Origin: Chloroflexota bacterium
GTDB lineage: Bacteria; Chloroflexota; Anaerolineae; Anaerolineales; UBA4823
Length of the DNA stretch: 64,000 nucleotides
Direction: 5' to 3'
NCBI GenBank assembly: GCA_049325275.1
Contig: JBMOLU010000086.1
Coordinates: forward strand, 27,437 to 91,436
The position numbers were made by a program, and so were the translations under genes. Shown here piece by piece: positions 56,545 through 64,000 of this stretch. The stretch's first letter is position 1. The number at the start of each line of letters is the position of its first letter. Below the pieces are notes generated by a model. That model searched no databases, was not told where the DNA came from, and worked only from the letters and a program-made list of their open reading frames with translations.

Positions 56545-59500
56545 CGCGGACGGCCCAGAGCTTCACCAGGCCGTCCTCACCGGCCGTTGCCATGGTCTTG
56601 CCGTCGCCAGAAAAGGCGATGGCATTGACCGGGCCGATATGACCGTTGAAGGTGGCGATCACCTGCCAGTTAGCTACATCGACGATGGCGATCGAGCCAT
56701 CCCACATACCCACAGCGATCAGGCGGTTATCCGGGCTGAAGGCCAGGGCGGTGATTTGGCTTTCGTCATAGAAATAGTGACCGCCACTCGAAAAACCCAG
56801 CCGGTTGATTTCTTGTTTGGCGCTGTCTTGCAGAATGATTTGAGCATCTCCTGTTACATTACCACTCCATTGCTCGGTTACGATGCGCCATTGCCCATCC
56901 GGGCTGATGGCTGAGCGTTCAACTCGATCGTATATGGTCATCCACGCCGCCCCACCCCACTCGGTTTCTTCTTGCAGCTGATAGGTGCCATCGGCCTGTT
57001 GTGCATAGATCCGTCCGGGTGTTCCTGCGGCCTGGGTGGTTAACTGGGTGCCGTCGAGGCTGAAGTTGGCCGCATAAAAGCCAGGGAAAACCTTTCCCAC
57101 CAGCATGCTGTCAACAATGAATTCTCCTTCGGCCGCTGCTGCACCTTCTAATATCTGCCCAAAGGCCCCTGTTTTGGCGTCCCAAAGCGACATTTGCATG
57201 CCGCTGGAGACTGCCAGCCAGTCACCTTTCGGGCTGGCGGCCAGGATCGTGCCTGAGTAAATGGAGGTGGTTTGCAGCAAAGTGCCATCGTCCGGGCGCA
57301 GCATCCAGGCGGTGTTGCTACCCCAGGCGCGTAAATTGCCATCCAACCCCAGGATCAAACCGCGGATTGGGCCAGAGTGGGTGCTCAGGCTTTCGATGGC
57401 CTTGCCACTGGCAACATCCCAAAAGATGATCTGGTTATCAGAATCAACAGAAAGCAGCCGCGTGCCGGCAGGGTTGAAACGCACTTGCTGAAGCGGGGCA
57501 GCGTGCCCTTCCAGGTGAGCAAGCAGGTTGTTGGTGTTTATTTCGTATAGCCATATACTGCGTTCGCTGTCGCCGACGGCCAGCAAGCGGTTATCGGGGC
57601 TGAGGGCGGCGGTAGTGACAAATTGCTCGTAGGCAATCAGGCTGGGATCAACTTCACTGGTAATGGGATTCACCTGGCTGCTTCCGGAATACTGTTTGAT
57701 TCTGTACGGCCGGGTGATTTCGGGGCGTATATCCCACACCCAGGCCGTGCCGCCTGCCGCGCCGACAACGAATTGTCCGTCAGCGCTGAATGACAGGGCG
57801 GTGATTGCCGCGTCCACACCGCCCACCGCATTGACGATCTTTCCCGTGCGGCTTTCCCAGATACGAACGTAGCGATCCCGAATGACGGCGGCCACCAACT
57901 TTCCGTTGGGGCTAATCGTGGGCAGCTTGATGGTTGTGTACTGGCTCCCGCCGTATAGCCTGGCAAGAGGTTGGCCTGCGGCAAGGTCATAAGTTTGCAG
58001 GGCGCCGTTTCCATTTCCGTAGACGAGCAAATCGCCTTGGGAGCTGATCTGAACGGGTAAGTCGTCGGGGAACTCACCCAGCAGCGTGTTGGCAGATAAA
58101 TTCCAGACCTGAATGTGCTTATCCGCTACACCGGCAGCCAGGATTTGCCCGTTCGCCAGTTGAACGATCGATTCGACCTCGCTTGTCATCGGGAGATGGG
58201 CAATTTCACTCAGTGGGCTGCCGCCGAAGATCGAGACGCCCTGGGCATCGCCCGTCAACAAGGTAGCGGTGGGGGTGTTCGACCAAAGAACTTCTTTGAG
58301 CGCCCCCCGACCCAATTGGGCGATCACTTGCATTTGGGCGGCATTGGCGGGCGAGATGGCACCCTCGGGCAGCGAAGACGTTTCGGGCACCGTCACTGCC
58401 TGGGTGGGGGCCGGCGTTTCGACCCAGGTGTCTTCCGGCGTGGGAAAGGCAGTTGGCGGCACGACGGCGATGAAATCGGTTTGTGCGGCTGCATTTCGGA
58501 TTGCGTTGATATCCCATAACTGAAACTGCCCACTTTGTCCGATGGCCAGCGTGTCACTATCCGGGCTGATGGCGAGATCGCTTCCATAGCTGGCGGCTTC
58601 GATCGGCATCCAATCGAGCAGGGTGCCGGTTGTGGTCTTCCAGAAGTACAGGTTACTCTGGATTTTGGCGATTAGCAGGCCGCCATCAGGGCTAAAGCGG
58701 AGTGATTGGGTGTCCCATCCGTCTGAAACGGGTAAGGCGAGCATTTCGCCGCTTTCCAAATTCCACAGCTCGATCTGGTAACTGCCCGAGGGGCTGCTGT
58801 AACTGCGGGCAAGAAGTGAGCCTTTTAAAGCGGCGGCCATGTTGGCCTGGTTTTCGATGGGCAGTGCGAACTGTTTGAGCAATTGACCCTTGTCGATATC
58901 CCAAATTTGGGCGCTATCGATAGCATCCCATATCAGGAGATCGTCACTGTAATGGCCAGTGATGGCATACAGGCGTTTGCCGTCTGCCGAGAAGGATACC
59001 TGTGTGACATACGAGCGTGTCGCCAGCTCTAGGCGCTTGACCAGGGTTGCGGTGGCGATATCCCAGATTTCGGCCGCGCCACTGTTGCAGAAAGCGATTT
59101 GTCCGTTATCCGGTGAAAAGGCCAGGCCATAAACAACGTCAACACTGTCCATGTAGTTTGGCCCGGCATCCATGCGGTCGCTGGTTCGCGCCAGGATTAA
59201 CGCACCGTCAGCCGTATCCCACACCAGCACATCACCGCTTTTCGTCATCCCGGCCAGTTGGCTGCCGTCACTGTTAAAGGCCCAGGCGAGCAGCGGGCCA
59301 TAAGGGTTGTCGAGCGAGACGATCACGCTCTGGCTTTCTATATCCCATAATTGCACATTTTGCCTGCCCATTGCCAGGGTTTTGCCGTTCGGGCTGAACA
59401 ATACACTGCTGCCGTCGGCGTAACCTTCAAGGTATCGGGCAGCGAGAAACGGGTCGAGCGAAACGGCGGTTCCATCGGCCGGTTCGATCTGCCCGCTGGT

Positions 59501-60568
59501 GAGATCGTAGACTTGATCGGGTTGTTCGTTGATCGAGACCGTGATCTGATTGCCGTCGGTGCTAAAACGGATCCGGGTGATGCTGTCCGCGAAGCCCGTG
59601 ACGACACGTTCCAGAATGCCGCTCGTGGTGGCAAACAGGCGTAGCACGCCATCTTCGCCGCCGGATGCCACGTAGCGCCCGTCGGGGCTAAAGTCCACGC
59701 TATTGATTTGGGCAATGTGAGGGATCGAAAACTGTTCGGCGCCGGTTTTGAAATCCCAGAGATAGAGCAAATAGTTGCTGTTGTCGTGATAACCGGCTGC
59801 CAACAGGCGGTTATCAGGGCTGATCGCGGGCGCACTCATGTTATTGGGATTTTCTGGGTACAAAACTGTGTAATCTGGAGCCTGAAAAGTATCTTCCGGT
59901 TCAAGAGGGAAAACGCTGGCGAAGCTGAAACGTATTGGCGTTACCGAATATTCGGAGTACCTGCTTCCATCATTAACACATGAAATATACCGTTGATCGG
60001 CTGAGAAGCGGATGCCTCTGGCACAATCACATTCCCGTATTTCCCCCGTGCTTGTATTGATGATGGAGGTTGCACTTTCCCAATCCATATCGTAGACCTG
60101 AAACGATTGTTTTGATGCAACTAACCAGCGGCCATCGCTGCTGAACCCTTCAATGTTTGACCAGGAATAAGACCCTGGATCGGCCGTGCCGAGTTCTTCG
60201 CCGCTGGCCGCATCCAACCAGCGCAGGGTGGGGTTTTCTGTTTCTTTTCCTTCCAGGACGGCAATCAGCCTGCCATCGGGTGAACGCACGACTTCGCCAG
60301 CCAGACCCTTGCCCAGGATGGCAAACGGTTTTGCCGGGCTGAGATCCGGCCAGGGTGTGGCATCGGACACGGGTTCCGTCTCGGTGGCGCTAGCCGTAGC
60401 GGTGATTGCCGGTGTGGCGCTGCTTGTCGGTGCCGGCTGAGCCGTTGGCGTGGATGTGGCGCTTGATGGAGGCTTTGTACTGGCCCCGGCGTTGCAGGCG
60501 GCCAGCACAATCACGCCCAGGGCGCAGAACAGCAAGAAACGTTTCGGCATCAGATGAAGGTGCTTCAT
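56534..60568 (-). CDS. Giant WD40/beta-propeller repeat lipoprotein (about 1344 aa, multiple propellers)
   Basis: Lipobox LAACN, then dozens of SPDGxxLA...WD-like blades. Start chosen at MKHLHL. The longer ORF overlaps hypA and is rejected. Confidence 0.75.
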   Translation of the reverse strand: MKHLHLMPKRFLLFCALGVIVLAACNAGASTKPPSSATSTPTAQPAPTSSATPAITATASATETEPVSDATPWPDLSPAKPFAILGKGLAGEVVRSPDGRLIAVLEGKETENPTLRWLDAASGEELGTADPGSYSWSNIEGFSSDGRWLVASKQSFQVYDMDWESATSIINTSTGEIRECDCARGIRFSADQRYISCVNDGSRYSEYSVTPIRFSFASVFPLEPEDTFQAPDYTVLYPENPNNMSAPAISPDNRLLAAGYHDNSNYLLYLWDFKTGAEQFSIPHIAQINSVDFSPDGRYVASGGEDGVLRLFATTSGILERVVTGFADSITRIRFSTDGNQITVSINEQPDQVYDLTSGQIEPADGTAVSLDPFLAARYLEGYADGSSVLFSPNGKTLAMGRQNVQLWDIESQSVIVSLDNPYGPLLAWAFNSDGSQLAGMTKSGDVLVWDTADGALILARTSDRMDAGPNYMDSVDVVYGLAFSPDNGQIAFCNSGAAEIWDIATATLVKRLELATRSYVTQVSFSADGKRLYAITGHYSDDLLIWDAIDSAQIWDIDKGQLLKQFALPIENQANMAAALKGSLLARSYSSPSGSYQIELWNLESGEMLALPVSDGWDTQSLRFSPDGGLLIAKIQSNLYFWKTTTGTLLDWMPIEAASYGSDLAISPDSDTLAIGQSGQFQLWDINAIRNAAAQTDFIAVVPPTAFPTPEDTWVETPAPTQAVTVPETSSLPEGAISPANAAQMQVIAQLGRGALKEVLWSNTPTATLLTGDAQGVSIFGGSPLSEIAHLPMTSEVESIVQLANGQILAAGVADKHIQVWNLSANTLLGEFPDDLPVQISSQGDLLVYGNGNGALQTYDLAAGQPLARLYGGSQYTTIKLPTISPNGKLVAAVIRDRYVRIWESRTGKIVNAVGGVDAAITALSFSADGQFVVGAAGGTAWVWDIRPEITRPYRIKQYSGSSQVNPITSEVDPSLIAYEQFVTTAALSPDNRLLAVGDSERSIWLYEINTNNLLAHLEGHAAPLQQVRFNPAGTRLLSVDSDNQIIFWDVASGKAIESLSTHSGPIRGLILGLDGNLRAWGSNTAWMLRPDDGTLLQTTSIYSGTILAASPKGDWLAVSSGMQMSLWDAKTGAFGQILEGAAAAEGEFIVDSMLVGKVFPGFYAANFSLDGTQLTTQAAGTPGRIYAQQADGTYQLQEETEWGGAAWMTIYDRVERSAISPDGQWRIVTEQWSGNVTGDAQIILQDSAKQEINRLGFSSGGHYFYDESQITALAFSPDNRLIAVGMWDGSIAIVDVANWQVIATFNGHIGPVNAIAFSGDGKTMATAGEDGLVKLWAVRDEP

Positions 60569-60687
60569 GAAAAATACCCCTTTCCAGGTCAGGTGAGATG
60601 GTTGAAGACATACGTTAAATCTGACTTTCTGGCGCCCACGATTGTTCCCCGTCTTGCCACAGTCTTCAGCTTTCCCCAAAAACCTGT

Positions 60688-61026
60688 TCAGTCGTCCACT
60701 TCGATCGACTCGACGAAAAACTCTTCCCCCCGGATCACCTTGACGTGCACGCTGCCGCACGCCGGGCAATCGAAGTCGTCCCGGCCGGGTGCGAAAGTGT
60801 GCTGGCAGTCCTGGCACTGCAACTCGGCCGGGATACGCTGGAAATGAAGCCTGGCCCCCTGGGCGGGTGTGTTTTCGCTGATGCTGTCCCAGTAGAATTG
60901 CACCGAATCATCAACGATCGAAGAGAACTGCCCGATGACGAGGTGAATGTGGCCGATGCGTTTGCCGGCCGGGGTGTGCTGCAGAGCTATGTTGAGGATG
61001 CTTTCGGTGACGGCGAGTTCGTGCAT
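60688..61026 (-). CDS. hypA: Nickel metallochaperone HypA
   Basis: MHELAVTESILNIA N-terminal motif. Zinc CxxC...CxxC (CQDC...CPAC). Confidence 0.8.
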   Translation of the reverse strand: MHELAVTESILNIALQHTPAGKRIGHIHLVIGQFSSIVDDSVQFYWDSISENTPAQGARLHFQRIPAELQCQDCQHTFAPGRDDFDCPACGSVHVKVIRGEEFFVESIEVDD

Positions 61027-61059
61027 GGGGCCTCGATGCTAAGAAGTTGAGCGCAGCTT

Positions 61060-62343
61060 TCAGCCCGCAACCTGCAAGCCTTCGACTTCTTCTTCACCCT
61101 CGTCCTCGTCGTCTTCTTCACCCGTGAACCCCAGAGCTTCCTTGGCGGCGGGTGTGGTGACCCAGAGCATCAGGATCATGGTGACGGCCGAGGTGATGCA
61201 CCACATGCAGGTGGCGCCGATCACGAAAGGTTCGAGGAAGGTCAGGTAAGCGGAGAAGAGCACGCCGAAGACGGACATGCCCCACAGCGCCAGGGCGCTC
61301 AGGTTCTTGAGCGATGCCGGCCCAAACTGCTTGGCCAGCCAGGCAGCCAGCAGGGCCAGGTTGCCCATCAGACCGAACACACCCACCGGCAAAACGCCGA
61401 AGAGCATGGCGTACTCGCTCTCCTGCACGGTGCCGCAGTCGCCCACCGGCCCGCACGCCGGGACGGCCTGGGTGGCTTCGACAAAGGCCAGGTAGGTCGA
61501 GACGGTGATCCCGGCAATGACGATCAGCGGCACGGCCCAGGTGAACCAGTCTTTCAGCACCGGCCCTTCTCCTTTGCCCGCCAGGATCAGGATTGGGGCG
61601 GCGATCTGGATCGCAAAAATGCCAGTTACGATCAGGGCCAGCACAAAGGCCAACCCCTGGGTCTGCGCGAGGTCAAAAATGGAAGGGATGGCCAGCAAGG
61701 CGAAGACGAGCAGCGCAACGGAGTACCAGCTTTGCATGGCCGGCATGGGGCGGCTGCTCAAGGTAAGGGTCACGGAAGCGATCAGGCTGAAGAGCAGGGC
61801 CGCCAGCACGATCACGGCGATGGTGTTGGCCGTGCGGTCGCGGTTGAACTTTTGCAACCAGGCCGGGCCTTCGTTGGCTTCGTCCGCTTCGTTGGCAGGG
61901 GGTGCGATTTGCATCCCTTGCTGTGTGACGAATGCTTCCAGCCCGGCAATTTCCGGCCAATCCAGCCCACCGGCTGCCAGCCCGGCGGCGATCAGCTCTG
62001 GCAGTTGTTCGGGGATTTCCTGCGAACCGACCAGGTAGGTCTCGCCGATGATGAGGGTCGGTACCCCCGTGCGCTCGGGTGGAGTCTGGTACTGCGCCAG
62101 AACGGCGGTGTACAGCGCGTTTCCTTCCACGCTCGACACGTCGACGGTCACGACTTGCAACTGCTCGCCATATTCTTCTTGCAGCGGCGGCAGGGTTTCG
62201 CTCATGACGTAATGACAGTGCCCACAAGTGGGCGAGTAAAAGAGCACGGCGCGAACCACAGGCTCGCCGGCCTGCGCCGGCCGCGCCAGAAAAAGTAACA
62301 GGACGAATGCAGCAAAAAGGATGGCCGTGAACGGTCGCTTCAT
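61060..62343 (-). CDS. Fused thioredoxin-like (CGHC) periplasmic domain + vitamin-K-epoxide-reductase (VKOR) membrane domain
   Basis: Signal peptide, then PTCGHCH. Later ACGPVGDCG loop cysteines and CMWC in a TM helix. Acidic C-terminal tail. Confidence 0.7.
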   Translation of the reverse strand: MKRPFTAILFAAFVLLLFLARPAQAGEPVVRAVLFYSPTCGHCHYVMSETLPPLQEEYGEQLQVVTVDVSSVEGNALYTAVLAQYQTPPERTGVPTLIIGETYLVGSQEIPEQLPELIAAGLAAGGLDWPEIAGLEAFVTQQGMQIAPPANEADEANEGPAWLQKFNRDRTANTIAVIVLAALLFSLIASVTLTLSSRPMPAMQSWYSVALLVFALLAIPSIFDLAQTQGLAFVLALIVTGIFAIQIAAPILILAGKGEGPVLKDWFTWAVPLIVIAGITVSTYLAFVEATQAVPACGPVGDCGTVQESEYAMLFGVLPVGVFGLMGNLALLAAWLAKQFGPASLKNLSALALWGMSVFGVLFSAYLTFLEPFVIGATCMWCITSAVTMILMLWVTTPAAKEALGFTGEEDDEDEGEEEVEGLQVAG

Positions 62344-62419
62344 GGGACACCTCCAAGGCTGGATTATAGCATGGCGATCGAGGTGCAGGCGGAAGGTTAA
62401 AACTTTCAAATCTCGGCCT

Positions 62420-63574
62420 TTATCCCTTCTTCAGAATATGCGTGACGATAGTGGCTCCGCTGCCGCCGATGTTTTGCGCCATGCCGATTTTTGCGCCATC
62501 GACCTGGGTTGCGCCGGCTTCCCCACGCAATTGCTGCACCACTTCGAGCACCTGGTACACGCCGGTGGCTCCGACCGGGTGCCCACGCGCTTTGAGGCCG
62601 CCGCACGTGCAAATCGGGATGCGCCCCTGCGGGGTGATGGCGCCATCCAGCCCCAGGCGGGGTCCCTGGCCGCGCTCGGCAAAGCCGCAGGCTTCGAGCG
62701 AAAGCACGGCCATGATCGAGAAGGCGTCGTGAAGTTCGAAGACGTCGATGTCCTCAGGCCCGACGCCGGCCTGCCGGTAAGCCTTTCGGGCCGAAAGCTC
62801 GCCGGCCGTAAGCCAGGCGCCGTTCCTGCGACTGTGAACGGCGATGCTGTCGGTTGCAGAGGCCGAACCGGCGATGGTGATCGCCGGGCGCGGGCCTGGC
62901 CGCAGCGTTTCCGCCGGGACCAGCAACAAGGCCGCTGCGCCGTCGCCGGTCGGGGAAGCGTCCAGCAGGTTGATCGGTTCGGCGATGGCGCGCGCCTTGC
63001 GGTAGGCTTCCAGGCTGATGGGGTCTCGCAGGCGGGCAAAGGGATTGTGGACGGCGTTGGCGTGGGCGTTGATCGGGAAGGGTGCGAAATCGTCCTTTTT
63101 CCAGTTCGTTTCGTGCAGGTAACGCTGCATTACCAGGGCGTTGATCGCCACGAAACTCAAGCCCATCTCGGCTTCGTAATCCTGGTCGGCGGCGGTAGCC
63201 AGGGCGCCCGTCATTTCGCCGGGCACCGTTTCGGTCATCTTTTCGATGCCGACCACCAGGGCCGAATCCAGCTCGCCCGAGGCAACGGCAATCAGCCCGG
63301 CGCGTACGGCGGCCCCGCCGGAACCACAGGCGGCTTCCACTTTCACGGCTTCGATGCCGGGCAGGCCGATCCAGTCGGCAAGTAGCGCTCCCAGGTTCTC
63401 CTGGTGGCTGAGGATCGCCGACATCATGTTGCCGACGAACAAGCCATCGGCCTGGTTGCGCCCGGCATCGTTCATTGCCGCGAAGATGGCCTCCCCGGCT
63501 AGTTCGCGCAGAGTTTTGTCCCAGTGTTCATCGACGGGCGTTTGCCCAATTCCAAGAATGGCAACTTCACGCAT
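62420..63574 (-). CDS. Thiolase-fold protein (SCP-x/non-condensing thiolase-like)
   Basis: GxxxCGSG and C-terminal thiolase-fold motifs. Confidence 0.7.
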   Translation of the reverse strand: MREVAILGIGQTPVDEHWDKTLRELAGEAIFAAMNDAGRNQADGLFVGNMMSAILSHQENLGALLADWIGLPGIEAVKVEAACGSGGAAVRAGLIAVASGELDSALVVGIEKMTETVPGEMTGALATAADQDYEAEMGLSFVAINALVMQRYLHETNWKKDDFAPFPINAHANAVHNPFARLRDPISLEAYRKARAIAEPINLLDASPTGDGAAALLLVPAETLRPGPRPAITIAGSASATDSIAVHSRRNGAWLTAGELSARKAYRQAGVGPEDIDVFELHDAFSIMAVLSLEACGFAERGQGPRLGLDGAITPQGRIPICTCGGLKARGHPVGATGVYQVLEVVQQLRGEAGATQVDGAKIGMAQNIGGSGATIVTHILKKG

Positions 63575-63737
63575 CCTGATTTCTCCTTGTGTGGTTGCAG
63601 TGATTATGCTCCAAATGGCTTTCAAAGCCTATCAAGAACGCTTGTCGTTTCCAGCGTTCTTACTTTTCTCTTCAACCAATCTAAATATCCAAGTAAAATT
63701 ACTGCCATCCACGTCGTTTCCACCAAAGGAACTTTCC

Positions 63738-64000
63738 ATGACAGAAGAAGCAACCATCCGAAAAAACCAATGTCCTTCTTGCGGCGCGCCGATCGTCTGG
63801 CCGGAGGGCAAACCCAGTATGCCATGCCCCTACTGTAAGGCCGGCCTCGAGCGAGTTTTGCCACCCCAAGACGCTCCTCCCGGCTTTGGGCCCCCGGCGC
63901 AGCCGCAAATTATCATCCAGGCCGGCGCCATCCCCATACCGCCAAAGCATGCGGCCAGGGTGGCTGGCGGCGCCGCCGTGGCCGGAGCCGGTGCTTCAGC
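63738..64000 (+). CDS. Partial ORF: zinc-ribbon protein (CPSCG...CPYC) with a Pro-rich linker; runs off the window end
   Basis: AAAGGAA RBS upstream. No stop codon before the window end, so it is absent from the complete-ORF track. Confidence 0.35.
   Translation, partial: MTEEATIRKNQCPSCGAPIVWPEGKPSMPCPYCKAGLERVLPPQDAPPGFGPPAQPQIIIQAGAIPIPPKHAARVAGGAAVAGAGAS

Noticed and set aside
56534-60817. Longer 1427-aa version of the WD40 ORF starting at 60817
   Set aside because: It would overlap hypA by 130 nt. An in-frame MKHLHL start at 60568 gives a proper lipoprotein signal peptide.

Overview
This is a high-GC bacterial chromosomal segment. From gene content and codon style I infer a Chloroflexi-like or actinobacterium-like organism, but that is a guess. 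The window is densely coding and is mostly core or housekeeping genes with a few accessory-looking insertions. I found no rRNA, tRNA, CRISPR array, transposase or integrase.

Main contents, in order:
- A coenzyme F420 biosynthesis cluster at the left end: a partial cofE, an FbiB-C-like nitroreductase, cofD and cofC, with an F420-type luciferase-like oxidoreductase nearby.
- A roughly 1000-aa protein with a class III nucleotidyl cyclase domain, a STAND/NB-ARC ATPase and TPR repeats.
- A 1099-aa fusion of a TLC/MFS-like transporter, HEAT repeats and a cNMP-binding domain.
- The ffh-rpsP-KH-rimM operon on the minus strand.
- DegV, a DUF1015-like protein, three ABC exporter loci (one MarR-controlled heterodimeric pair) and RsmF.
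- A URO-D-family/MenG pair preceded by a long structured leader.
- A sulfonate/nitrate-type ABC importer interrupted by a lower-GC orphan Dam methylase.
- A membrane-microdomain cluster: flotillin, NfeD-stomatin, an ion channel, DUF1328 and an HPF-like protein.
- A TPR lytic transglycosylase.
- An ArsR-like regulator followed by an 18-bp tandem repeat, then two beta-lactamase-fold hydrolases.
- A NarL-type two-component system, plus the decayed remnant of a second one.
- A minus-strand gene string: thiolase, a permuted Trx-VKOR, hypA, a giant WD40 lipoprotein, a HAD phosphatase and hypB. Here the nickel chaperones hypA and hypB are separated by the propeller protein and no hydrogenase is present.

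The most unusual things are the split hypA/hypB locus, the Dam insertion, the cyclase-STAND with the cNMP-binding transporter fusion, and the palindromic tandem repeat. All product calls come from reading the translated ORFs for motifs. No database search was run.
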